The position numbers were made by a program, and so were the translations under genes. DNA of 64,000 nucleotides from a virus (taxonomy: Duplodnaviria > Caudoviricetes): positions 128,001-192,000 of IMG/VR virus record IMGVR_UViG_2912838376_000002, one strand, 5' to 3'. Under the pieces are notes generated by a model. That model was not told the origin of the DNA, searched no databases, and was given only the letters and a program-made list of their open reading frames with translations. Shown piece by piece: positions 52,569 to 62,792 of this stretch (positions within the stretch are counted from its first letter, which is position 1; each line of letters starts with the position of its first letter).

Positions 52569-53092
52569 TTATGATAACTTCCTTTCGTCTACAGGCAAGA
52601 ACCCTATCACTGTAGAGTTCTGCCTGCCGTATTTGGCTATATATTCAAATGTGTGTTCCCGATTGTTGATTGTGCATGTTCCGACTAGTGTATACTCATT
52701 AGGAAGATTGAACTCCTCGATGTTCTTGAACACGACTTTTTCACTGCCACCATCTACGCGTAATACACGTAAGGGCATACTCTTTATATTTTTTTCTTTC
52801 TTTATTTGAAGACCATTCCATACATTGGACATCATGATGCCTTCAAAGCCTTTTTGCATTAAGCAACACCTCTGACCGCTTTATCTACTTCTGCATAATC
52901 AACCTCCATAAGACCAGCAATCATACGTGATGCTAGAAGACTTGCAGATTTAAGTACCTTCGTTACGCCATTACAGAAATAAGTGATTTCGATAATACCT
53001 TCCTCAATCTTTCTGGCTACTACAGCAACTAAACCTTTTGTTTCTTCTTTTGCAAGGTAAATAGAATTTTCGTTCGTTGAGATTTCTAACAT
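52569..53092 (-). other. two short hypothetical genes
   Basis: ORFs 52569-52859 and 52859-53092, translationally coupled. Confidence 0.55.
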
Positions 53093-53161
53093 GATGGATT
53101 CTCACCTTTCGGATTTAAGTTTTTGTGTAAATAAAAAAGAGAAAAGGGGATGCCTTCTCTC

Positions 53162-53845
53162 TTAGATTGGTAACTCATCTTCTTTAATTTGTGGTTCAAC
53201 TTTATCTCCTGTTTCAACTGGTTGCTCTTCTTGAGCAGGCTGTACAGGTTGTTGTTGCTCCATATTTTGAGGTGCAGGTGGCGTATAAGCAGGAGCTTGT
53301 TGACCAAACTGCGGGAACTGCATTGGTTGCTGTTGCATAGGCATTTGCTGTTGCGGTTGCATACCAAATTGTTGTTGAGGTTGTTGCATTCCGAATTGTT
53401 GCTGTGGCATTTGTTGTTGCATAGGAACTTGTCCTGTCAACATCGCTTCAGCAAAACGAAGAATTTGAGCTTTAACTTGTGGAGTTAAGTTAATGTGCTC
53501 CCAATAGTTCTTCTGTCCTGATTGTGCATCTACTCCATTTTCAGTTGAGATAGTCTGTACGAATGGTGCTTGTGTACGAGGACTCATACGAACTTGGAAT
53601 GAAATACTACCAATAACAGAACGCAATAAACCATTGAACAAGATACCATGTGGCACTTGGTTAGCAGATGCAGGTTTTAATGAGATATTCTCAATACCTA
53701 ACTGCATATTGCTTGGTGCATTCGTTACACCATACAGATAACTACTATTTTGACGATACCAGAACGGGTCAGACTGTTTCTGTTGCTGTTGACCAAATTG
53801 TGGTTGTTGTCCATATTGCGGTTGTGCAAATTGTTGAGTTGTCAT
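53162..53845 (-). CDS. putative non-canonical single-stranded DNA-binding protein
   Basis: Globular core, Q/P-rich linker and acidic SSB-like tip EDELPI. Confidence 0.55.
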   Translation of the reverse strand: MTTQQFAQPQYGQQPQFGQQQQKQSDPFWYRQNSSYLYGVTNAPSNMQLGIENISLKPASANQVPHGILFNGLLRSVIGSISFQVRMSPRTQAPFVQTISTENGVDAQSGQKNYWEHINLTPQVKAQILRFAEAMLTGQVPMQQQMPQQQFGMQQPQQQFGMQPQQQMPMQQQPMQFPQFGQQAPAYTPPAPQNMEQQQPVQPAQEEQPVETGDKVEPQIKEDELPI

Positions 53846-53999
53846 AATAAAATCTCTCCATTTCATAATTAAAATTTTTAAATCAAAAAAGGTAGGGGAG
53901 TTAGCCCCTTAAGTAGTGCACTTAAACTTTTACCTACTCTATATTTAATTAGAGGAATTATTACCTCAAGAAAGGTAAAGGAGTTATCCTTTTGGGTAC

Positions 54000-54240
54000 A
54001 GAACCAAACGCCCAGTTCTATATCCGAACTATTCTTTACATCACTTTCGGATAGGGCGTTAGCCCCTATCCATTACGAGGGCACGTCCAGTTAAAGATTT
54101 CCGCTCTACATTTCATAGGCGGAAGTATAGGCGTTAGCCTGAACGTTAGTGAGGGTGCGTTAGCACCTATACGGTTGACCAATGCGTTAGCAGTGGGCAA
54201 CAGCCCCGGCCGAAGGCCCGGGTAAATCCCGTCCTTATAT
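54000..54240 (-). ncRNA. candidate structured RNA with clustered CUAACG hairpins
   Basis: Five CGTTAG-containing stems within 54049-54192 plus a C(UUCG)G hairpin at about 54207-54219. Confidence 0.5.
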
Positions 54241-54303
54241 CTACGTTCTTTATATAAACGCACATATAAAAACAGGAGCAGGGAAGAACCCCACTCCTAT
54301 AAA

Positions 54304-55701
54304 TCATCTTACAATTACTAAGTTTTCTACTGCTCGTGTAACTACAGTGTATAACCATCTGTTAGCATTCTTATATCCATCAACTCCACGATTAAATACT
54401 CCACTTTCATTAATTACATATACAGTCTTCCATTGTGAACCTTGAGATGAATGTCCAGTAATAACATATCCAAATTGAACTTCTACACCTATTGGAATCT
54501 CACGTTTTCCTTGAACTCTAAGCTCCTTGTTCTTCTTACGAATCTCAGAAGCTGTCTTTCTTTCAAACAATACATCCTCGTTTACTTCAATGTAACGATG
54601 CCCATCGAATGCTTCAGGAGTAAACTTGAACTTGATATTTCCATTGTTTAGTTTCTTAATTTCAGATACTGTGCCACGCATACCGTTAGTTACTTGAATT
54701 TCACCATTGTTACCACCATCAATATTCTCTTTGATTACAACAGTTTCACCATCCATAAGAACTGGTTCATTGAAGCCAAGGTGTGAACGAATAGCTTGGT
54801 TTAGACTTTGACGAGTCTTATTCATACCAGCAATCACAACACCACCATTAGCAACTACCTTTGCATATTGGGCAACAGATACTCTACTGCGGTTAACAAC
54901 AAATACTTTCCCACCAATGTTCTGATCTCTGTTAGGGAAGATGTAGGGTGTTCCATTTTCTGTAGCCTGACGAATAGCCATTGATAAAGCAACAATTGGA
55001 TTATCTGCAGCTTGGCGTAATACTTCAGTAAGGATTGCATCTGGATTAACAAAGAAGTACTCTTCATCTTTAACAGGAGGTAACTGACCAGGATCTCCAA
55101 CGATTAATACTTTGCATCCAGCTTTCTTAGCCATAGGAAGAATTTCCTCTGCCATACGTCTACCTGTCATAGAGAACTCATCACCAATGATTAGTCTTAC
55201 ACCGTATAAGTTTTCTGCAGAAGGAACAAAGCGAGTACGTCCATCTTTCATTAACTCAGGTACAAAGAATAGGCGATGTAGAGTAGAACAAGAATATCCA
55301 GGTGTCTTTTCTTTTAATACAAGTGAAGCAGTACCAGTTGGTGCACACATACGAACTTGGTCCGCTCTAATTCCAAGCTCCTCTAATATAAAATCAACAA
55401 CAGTAGATTTACCTACACCAGCGAATCCTGCTAATTCAAACTTTCCATAACCATGAGTAGTAGAGTACCATCTCTTAATCTTGCTAACTACCGATTGTTG
55501 ACTAGGTGTTAATACAATATCTCTTTTCTTCTTGCGTTTATTTGGTTGAACCGGTTCAGTAGTTTGATCTACATTGAATACAGGTTTAGGGCTATCTATA
55601 ATATCTTCTGCTACAGTTACAGCATCAACGGGATTAGTAACTGGCTTTTCCTTCTTTGTGTTTAAGTGTTTAATTAATTGGTTTGTTGTCATAATAGTCA
55701 T
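54304..55701 (-). CDS. Dda/RecD-like SF1B helicase
   Basis: AGFAGVGKS, APTGTA, TLHR, DEFSM, GDPGQLPPV, LTEVLRQ, TGHSSQGSQW, LYTVVTRA. Confidence 0.92.
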   Translation of the reverse strand: MTIMTTNQLIKHLNTKKEKPVTNPVDAVTVAEDIIDSPKPVFNVDQTTEPVQPNKRKKKRDIVLTPSQQSVVSKIKRWYSTTHGYGKFELAGFAGVGKSTVVDFILEELGIRADQVRMCAPTGTASLVLKEKTPGYSCSTLHRLFFVPELMKDGRTRFVPSAENLYGVRLIIGDEFSMTGRRMAEEILPMAKKAGCKVLIVGDPGQLPPVKDEEYFFVNPDAILTEVLRQAADNPIVALSMAIRQATENGTPYIFPNRDQNIGGKVFVVNRSRVSVAQYAKVVANGGVVIAGMNKTRQSLNQAIRSHLGFNEPVLMDGETVVIKENIDGGNNGEIQVTNGMRGTVSEIKKLNNGNIKFKFTPEAFDGHRYIEVNEDVLFERKTASEIRKKNKELRVQGKREIPIGVEVQFGYVITGHSSQGSQWKTVYVINESGVFNRGVDGYKNANRWLYTVVTRAVENLVIVR

Positions 55702-55798
55702 ATCGAAATCTCTCCTTATAATTGGCTTTTTAGTTTTAAGTCTTTAATTTTTATCTGTCTATATAAAAGAAAAAGAGCAGGGAAGAATCCCCGCTCTG

Positions 55799-56646
55799 TT
55801 AAATCGGTAGAACGATGTCACCTAAGTCTAGAGTTGCAGCTTCTGGTTGTGTAGGTGGTTCTGGGTATTTAATTTCTGGAATAAGAATTGACTCATCAAA
55901 CATTGATGGTGCTGATACAATAGATTGAACTGGTCGAGCTTGTTTCACTTCTTCAACTACCTCTAAAATCTCCGCGTATAATCCAGTAAAAGTAGAGTTA
56001 GGAACATTCTTCTTTAAATGAGTTAATACACGAACAGTGTGACCCATATACTTTTCTAATTCAGCACGAATTGTTTTGTTCTCTCTATTGTCAGCAAGAG
56101 AACCGATAAATTGACCATCTTTATAAACAAGATAAGATGTTGTCATTGTTTCTTCATTTACCTCAACTTTTACATCCATAACACCTTCATCAACAGCTGC
56201 TTCTTTCATGTTCATGATTCCACACTCTTGTGCAATGTGAGACGCCTTTAAATCACAAGAAGATGCGAATGGACATCCTTTACATGGCTTATCAATACGA
56301 ACATATAAGTCATACTGTTTGTTACCAAGTACATATTCTTGTGGTGCAGGATCTTCTACGATATCTTCCACTACTGGTTGTGGAGGAATGAATGGTGCTG
56401 GCGTTTCATTTGTATGTTGTACAGCTTCCGCCGCTTGTTTCATTAAAGTTGGCATCATAGCATCTATTTGTTGTTGTACTAATGTATTAACATCTACAGA
56501 CTGTTCTTGTTGAACAGGTGTAGTATTTGATTGTTGCATCCAAGTTAAGCCTTGTTGTAAAGCTTGTGTTTGTTGATTAAGAGCCTGTGCTTGTTGGCTT
56601 AATGTGTTCATATACATTGCAAAGATTTCGTTGTTATTCATATTCA
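55799..56646 (-). CDS. Gln-rich protein with Cys cluster
   Basis: Q-rich N-terminus, CKGCPFASSC...C; start MNMNN with GGGAGAG SD. Confidence 0.65.
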
Positions 56647-56718
56647 TTTCTCTCCCTTTATCTGATAAAATAAAAGGGTAGCGGATTAACTCCACTACCC
56701 AAATGATTGTTTTAATTA

Positions 56719-59700
56719 TTAGAAGCGAACGATTGCAGTCGTTCCTTCTTCGCCAAATGCGATTTCTGTAACAGGGATTTCGTAGATACCAGCCATGCTG
56801 AAGTTTGTTGGAGCAAACCCCATGTATGCTGCATCTTCACGAGTAACTGTCATAGCGTCAGTAACTTGTGCATCTTTGTTTAAGAAGTACATTACAAGGC
56901 GAACAGAGTCTTGCTGTTGTTCTGGTTTAATCGCAACTCGCACGTTACGGTTAACAGAAACAGTTTTATTCGCTACTTTTGCAACCGGGTTCATAACACG
57001 AACTTTCACTTGGTTAGAAACTGCAGTTGGAGCTGCAACTTTCTCAACTAAGCTAGATTGTAAAAGAGTGAATGTAATATCTTGTGGAACGAAATAAGTC
57101 TCAGAAACTCGGCCAGAGATTAAAGAGTTCATTTCTTCCGCAAATACTTCGAATGGTAAAGCAATGAATCCGTTAGATGCTACGAAACGATATTCGCGGC
57201 CATCTTTACGGTAAGCAGCTTTACCATTTGTTTTTGCTTCATTAACTAATAGGTATAGAGCACCAACTAATTGACGAACATCTAAACCTAATTCTTTTGC
57301 AGTTGCATACATTTCTTTACGAAGTTCTGCTTTGTATAGGTCACGAGCCATTTTGTATTGAGATAATGTAGCATCGTAGTTAGCACGGATCTTAGCAGTC
57401 TTCTTCGCTTTAGTTAGAGATTGCATGTTTTTCTTACGGAATACACCAGCTTCTTTAAGCTCAGCTTCAGCTTGCATCATGAAGTCTTTCTCAGCAGCCG
57501 CGCGAACATTCTCTTTTTGAGTGTAAGCATTGTATAGGTTAGCAACATAGTACTTCACTGCATCAATTGATTGTGGAGCAACTTCCATGTGTGTAGCAAT
57601 ACGAGTACGAATCTCATTCTTAGCAGTATTGCTGTGACCTGTTTGGAACTTCTCACATAATGCTACGATAGCTTCTTCTGCATAGTTGAATACAAACTCA
57701 TAAGCGCTATCATTGTTAACTACACCAAACTCATCTTTCTGAGAAGCTAACCATTGTGGCTTCTTAACTTCGAAACCAGTGATTACAGCTTGACCAGACA
57801 TTTTATCTTGACGTACAATTGGGCTGAAGATGTGAGCGTAAATACCTTTTTCTTCAGCAAGTAATGCAAACTTAGCCTCATTTGTTAATTCTAATTCAGC
57901 TTCCTCAAAGAAACGACCTTCGAAGTTAGCGAATAGTTTGTTGATAAGAGGCATAGATAGGTAAGCACCACCGTGTTTAGGACGGTCAATTTCCCAACGA
58001 CCAGCAGTACATAAAGCAAGTAAGTCAGCTTCAACTTCCGCACGTTGAGCAGCATTTAATACTGAACGAGAAAGAAGGTCAGTTAAGATCATTGCACGGT
58101 TAGCAATTACACCGATTAAGCTTGCTTCAATTGTATCAACAGTGATTTGTTGAGATAGACCAGCAACTACTTCTAAGAAATCGTGACGGCGAGCAGTACC
58201 ATTCTCACCTTTTAATTCTTCTGGATTGAAGATTACATTGTTACCTTGAACGATAAATCCATTTACTTCTTTAGCTTCTGGTTTAGTTTCTTTAGCTTTA
58301 GCAGCTGCAGTTACATAAGTAGGACAACCTGTACCGAATTCAACAGCAACACCATTCTCGTATTTAACATAAGCATCAACGAATGGAAGTACAGCTTGAT
58401 TACCGTATAATTCAACTTCTTTACGGATACGAGCATTAACCATTAACTCATCAAAGATAATGATTGAAGTATCACCATCATGGTCAGCACCAGCTTGTTG
58501 TGCAACAACCCAAGAGAAAGCATCGAAGAACGTAATACCTTGCCATAAACCTTGTTCAACGAACTCAGCATACTCTGGAGATTGAACAGCAGTTACAACT
58601 GGAATCTCATGAGTAACTGTAACAGGGAAACGAACAGATAATGCTTTACCAGTTTCTAAGAAGAACTTGTCATCTTTCTTAGATGGAGCAACTACTTCAT
58701 AAGCACCTAATACAGCATCTTCTTTAGTTGCAGTGTAACGACCATCTTTCGCAGCATTGTAGATAGCGAATACATCTGTGAACATATAACGAGTACGAGC
58801 TTGAGTAGTGAATAGTTTAGAATCTAATAATTTGTTAAGCTTCTTAACTCCTAAACCAACAATCTCATCTTTAATGTATTGCTCATCAAGAATGTCACCA
58901 AACTCTTGAGCAAGACGTACATAATCAACCGCCGCAAATTCTGTTTCTGCTTCTTCTTCAGCAGCATTAAGCATTGTTAAGATATCAGAAGTCATTTTCT
59001 CTTCGATAGAATTCTTCACGAAATCAACGCTGTTTGTAACACCTTGTTTTAATTCTTCAACAGATAATCCCATTTGTTGTGTAGCTTGAGATGCAACCCA
59101 GATACCGTCGTTACCATCTTTACGTTGTCCAACTACGAATAATTGGAATCCGTTTTCTTGGATGTCAGCTAAGATATCTTCTGATTTCACCATACCATCA
59201 GTTAAGATGATATCAGCATTGAATAATTCACAGATTGGGTTGAACTCGAATGAAGCACCTTTAACTGCGTTAGAGATACGTAATTGGAATGCATCAAAGC
59301 TATTGATTACTCCTGCAGAACGTAAACCTTCAGTAACGCGTCGGTTGTGCCATCCTTGTCCATCTGTAAGGTTACGGAATAGAAGATCTTTAACAGCATC
59401 TTTGTTATCCCAGTTATTGAACTTCTCAACACCTACAAATGCATTGTCTTTATTTAATACGTTTAACATGAAGTCTTGATCCATTGCGATTTGAGCAGTG
59501 AAATCATCAACTAAAGCGATTGTGATTTTCTCACCATCGTTATTTGTTACTACGATGTAAGCTGGTTTAATTTCACCAATTACATTACGAGTTCCAGCAG
59601 GGAAGAACTCAACTGTGTGGTTGTGGCTGAATGTGCTTAGTAAACCTTTATCAGCTTTAAGACCATTAGAACCTGCTAACATGAAACGTTTGTAAGACTT

Positions 59701-60891
59701 AGCAACATCCATTACATTGTATCCAGTTGCTTCACCATTTAATTTGTGCTTTTTACCATAAGCGCGCTCATCTTGACCAGTTCCTAAGAAGTAAGTAATT
59801 ACATCTTCTAGAGTTTTGAAACCAACAGCACCATTAGAACGAGCTTGAGACATTGATTTAGCATATGTTTTGTAAGAGAATGTTTCTTCTTCAGATACAA
59901 CAGAACCAATTTCTAATTGACCATCTTCACGGTGTAATACAGATACCTCAGAGAATACCGCTTTTAATACCGCGCCGTTTACTTCTTCACCAAATGGTAG
60001 AGAAGCAGATCCGTCAAATGTACACATTTCATCAAGAACAACTGCTTTTTGTGGTTCTTCAATACGTAGAGTCATACCATCTTTGCTGTACTCTTTAACA
60101 ACATTGATTGTTTGAGTCTTTTTACCTTTAGCCATTGCGAAACGGTAAGCCGCTAAGCTACCAGACATCTTTTGGAATAGAGAGTTAACATTAGTTAGGT
60201 TGCTTACATTAGTATCCTTAGCAATGTAGAAGCGAACACCATCACGTAGAACTACTTTCTTGTTGTCGTCTTTTCCTACTTGAACCATTACATTCTCCAT
60301 TAATTCTTCTACATCGAAGTCTACTAATTTACCTAGTACTTCACCACTAGATACTACATAGATATCACCCATGTTTAATGCTGCCATTAATACAGTCTCA
60401 CGAGTCTTTTTGCCATGTACTTTAGCCTTAGCAGTAAGACGGCCTTTTAAGTTTAACTTCTCTAATGCTTTGAACTCTGCTGATTCCATGAACTTAGGGA
60501 ATAGGCCAGGCATAACTACCATTAAGTAATCGATTACTTGCTTACCAGTAGCAGAAGAGAACTGGATAGATACTTCAGTACCATCTTCTTTAGTTACTAC
60601 GAATTTGTTACGACGAGCATCTACAGTTAATGCAGTTGCATCAGTACCAATGAATTGTGAGAATAATGGAGCCTTTACACCCATACCGAATAATGCTTTA
60701 GCGATTTGTCCTGAAGCGTTTTGTACTACCTGTAAGTTACCTGCTGTGAATACTACTGTTTTGTTTGTCATTTTAATCTCTCCTTTAGTTGTGTTGTTTA
60801 CAGTTGTGTTAGTGTTGTTAGTCATAGTTGTGTTCTCTCCTTTGATTGTGTTAGTTCCTTGAGTTGTTGTAGCTGTAGTAGTGTTAGTCAT
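56719..60891 (-). CDS. single-subunit two-barrel RNA polymerase (YonO / QDE-1 RdRP-like)
   Basis: LTDGQG, AFQLRI...KG, RFP, AGADHDGD (DxDGD, 58471-58485), IGVIAN, IDRPKHG occur in the order seen in the cellular-RdRP/YonO family. Confidence 0.82.
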   Translation of the reverse strand: MTNTTTATTTQGTNTIKGENTTMTNNTNTTVNNTTKGEIKMTNKTVVFTAGNLQVVQNASGQIAKALFGMGVKAPLFSQFIGTDATALTVDARRNKFVVTKEDGTEVSIQFSSATGKQVIDYLMVVMPGLFPKFMESAEFKALEKLNLKGRLTAKAKVHGKKTRETVLMAALNMGDIYVVSSGEVLGKLVDFDVEELMENVMVQVGKDDNKKVVLRDGVRFYIAKDTNVSNLTNVNSLFQKMSGSLAAYRFAMAKGKKTQTINVVKEYSKDGMTLRIEEPQKAVVLDEMCTFDGSASLPFGEEVNGAVLKAVFSEVSVLHREDGQLEIGSVVSEEETFSYKTYAKSMSQARSNGAVGFKTLEDVITYFLGTGQDERAYGKKHKLNGEATGYNVMDVAKSYKRFMLAGSNGLKADKGLLSTFSHNHTVEFFPAGTRNVIGEIKPAYIVVTNNDGEKITIALVDDFTAQIAMDQDFMLNVLNKDNAFVGVEKFNNWDNKDAVKDLLFRNLTDGQGWHNRRVTEGLRSAGVINSFDAFQLRISNAVKGASFEFNPICELFNADIILTDGMVKSEDILADIQENGFQLFVVGQRKDGNDGIWVASQATQQMGLSVEELKQGVTNSVDFVKNSIEEKMTSDILTMLNAAEEEAETEFAAVDYVRLAQEFGDILDEQYIKDEIVGLGVKKLNKLLDSKLFTTQARTRYMFTDVFAIYNAAKDGRYTATKEDAVLGAYEVVAPSKKDDKFFLETGKALSVRFPVTVTHEIPVVTAVQSPEYAEFVEQGLWQGITFFDAFSWVVAQQAGADHDGDTSIIIFDELMVNARIRKEVELYGNQAVLPFVDAYVKYENGVAVEFGTGCPTYVTAAAKAKETKPEAKEVNGFIVQGNNVIFNPEELKGENGTARRHDFLEVVAGLSQQITVDTIEASLIGVIANRAMILTDLLSRSVLNAAQRAEVEADLLALCTAGRWEIDRPKHGGAYLSMPLINKLFANFEGRFFEEAELELTNEAKFALLAEEKGIYAHIFSPIVRQDKMSGQAVITGFEVKKPQWLASQKDEFGVVNNDSAYEFVFNYAEEAIVALCEKFQTGHSNTAKNEIRTRIATHMEVAPQSIDAVKYYVANLYNAYTQKENVRAAAEKDFMMQAEAELKEAGVFRKKNMQSLTKAKKTAKIRANYDATLSQYKMARDLYKAELRKEMYATAKELGLDVRQLVGALYLLVNEAKTNGKAAYRKDGREYRFVASNGFIALPFEVFAEEMNSLISGRVSETYFVPQDITFTLLQSSLVEKVAAPTAVSNQVKVRVMNPVAKVANKTVSVNRNVRVAIKPEQQQDSVRLVMYFLNKDAQVTDAMTVTREDAAYMGFAPTNFSMAGIYEIPVTEIAFGEEGTTAIVRF

Positions 60892-61233
60892 GATAATTCC
60901 TTTCATATGCTCTCATTTAATTGGTCAGGAGCTAGACCTATATTTGTGGGTCGGTAGTAGGGGGTGGGCATCGAAAGTCCACCAAGTACAACCCATATAT
61001 ACCACCTTGCGCCTCAAAAAATTTAAAAAAATCCAGCCTATATAGGGCAACAAGTCAGGAAGAAAGAAGGCGGTTATCCGTAGGGCACAGCCCAACAGCG
61101 GACGACTACCTTCTTTTTATTTGTGCCTACAGTCAGGAATGAGCGAGCCGGTGATGAAGCCAATAGTATTTGATTGAGAAAATGTGACAAATTGGTTAGG
61201 TTATGGCTGAAGTCAGGAAAGGAGGGTGAGGAC

Positions 61234-61491
61234 ATGGAAGGACTTATGTATGAACGATTTGAACAAGACCTACTTGATCATTGGGTGAAAAGTCAGGAGT
61301 CAGCAAGGGTGGGACTAAAGACCACTGTTGTATGTCTTCAAATGAACAATGGGTTTGAAGTAGTTGGACAATCAGCATGTGTGAATCCAGATGAGTACGA
61401 CTATGAACTTGGTGTCTATTACGCTACTAAAGACGCGCTTAAAAGAATCGCTGACATTGTAGCTTACCTTGAACATGAAGGTACATTTTAG
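61234..61491 (+). CDS. phage Gp49/Sf6-gp66 family protein (possible nucleotide-signal sponge)
   Basis: TTVVCLQMNNGFEVVGQSACVNP..YD..LG signature; AGGAGG SD. Confidence 0.75.
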   Translation: MEGLMYERFEQDLLDHWVKSQESARVGLKTTVVCLQMNNGFEVVGQSACVNPDEYDYELGVYYATKDALKRIADIVAYLEHEGTF

Positions 61492-61623
61492 GCATTAAGT
61501 CAGAAGAGAAGAGCGTGGAAAGTAATCAGTGCTCTTACATGTTTTAATCTTTTCAAAATGAACCGCACTTAAAAACCTCGATATAACATCCACTCAAATA
61601 AAACACATACAGGAGGAATCACA

Positions 61624-61896
61624 ATGGATTTCGGACAAGCATTGATCTCATTAAAAGAAGGAAAGAAAGTAGCACGTAATGGTTGGAATGGTAAAGGAAT
61701 GTGGATTGTACTAATGCCTTCATTATTCCTAGAAGCAGGTGTAGTAAATGGACGTACATCTAAACATTTAGGACAAGGTGTAGATTTAGATTCACAACCT
61801 TATATCGCAATGTTCACTGCTGAAAAGAAATGGCAACCAGGTTGGTTAGCAAGTCAAGCAGACCTATTAGCAGAAGACTGGGAAGAAGTAGCTTAA
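61624..61896 (+). CDS. DUF2829 / Tad2-like anti-Thoeris sponge protein
   Basis: MDFGQAL..LKEGKKVARNGWNGKGM...PYI...PGWLASQADLLAEDW. Confidence 0.85.
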   Translation: MDFGQALISLKEGKKVARNGWNGKGMWIVLMPSLFLEAGVVNGRTSKHLGQGVDLDSQPYIAMFTAEKKWQPGWLASQADLLAEDWEEVA

Positions 61897-61936
61897 CAAT
61901 AAAGAGAACCAGTCAGGAGAAAAGGAGGGCGGTAAA

Positions 61937-62641
61937 ATGTCTGTAGAAAAACGTATGGAAGAGTTACGTCAAATAGAAGTAGAAACACCTGAACAGTTAA
62001 AGGTAAGAGCTACAAATGAATTAGTGTTACCTTCTACTTGGAAAGTGTCTAATGAGACAAGAGGAATGATCAATCAGTCTATGGAGATATACAATACAAA
62101 ACATGGACTATATGCTTCTGTTCCTATGCTATGCCAAGGTGAGAGTTGCCCTTATGCAAGTGTTTGTCCGTTACTTGATGGAGGAATGGACCCAAGTGGT
62201 TCTCGTTGTCCTCTTGAGATTGGACTTATTATGAAACGTGTAGATGAATACCAAAAGGAATTCCATGTTGCTGATGATGACGTAGTTGATATGAGTTTGA
62301 TTAAGGACTTAGTAGATTACGATGTTCAGTTATTCAGAGCAGAGAACCGAATTGCCATGCAAGGTGACTTCATCGAAGACGTAGTTGTTAGTGTAACGGA
62401 TAACGGTCAGGAGATAACAGCCCCTCAAATATCTAAGGCAGCTGAGTATAAAGAGAAGATTATGACGAAGAAACATAAGGTTCTTCAATTGATGCACTCT
62501 ACTCGTTCTGATAAAGCAGGAGATAAGTTAACTCTTACATTGGACCCAAGTTCTTATGCATCTCAGTTAATGTCTCAAATTGCATCCACTATGGAGCCTG
62601 GACAGATATTTGATGCAGAGTTCGACGAGGTTGGAGAATAG
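61937..62641 (+). CDS. hypothetical protein with Cys4 cluster
   Basis: CQGESCPYASVCP...RCP; AGGAGG SD. Confidence 0.65.
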   Translation: MSVEKRMEELRQIEVETPEQLKVRATNELVLPSTWKVSNETRGMINQSMEIYNTKHGLYASVPMLCQGESCPYASVCPLLDGGMDPSGSRCPLEIGLIMKRVDEYQKEFHVADDDVVDMSLIKDLVDYDVQLFRAENRIAMQGDFIEDVVVSVTDNGQEITAPQISKAAEYKEKIMTKKHKVLQLMHSTRSDKAGDKLTLTLDPSSYASQLMSQIASTMEPGQIFDAEFDEVGE

Positions 62642-62792
62642 TTTTCAGCCTTGGCAAAAAAACTTTTAGAATTGTATTAATCGTGCTGGGGGCGATTTTT
62701 CCCCAGTGCGAGGAATCAATTGTCGAAGACGTTTGATAACGCTCTGGATAGCGGCGCTTAGTCGAATCATTTTTATCATACACGGAAAGTAG

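Noticed and set aside
54066-54358. Short ORFs 54066-54263 and 54167-54358
   Set aside because: No SD, atypical composition; better explained by RNA structure
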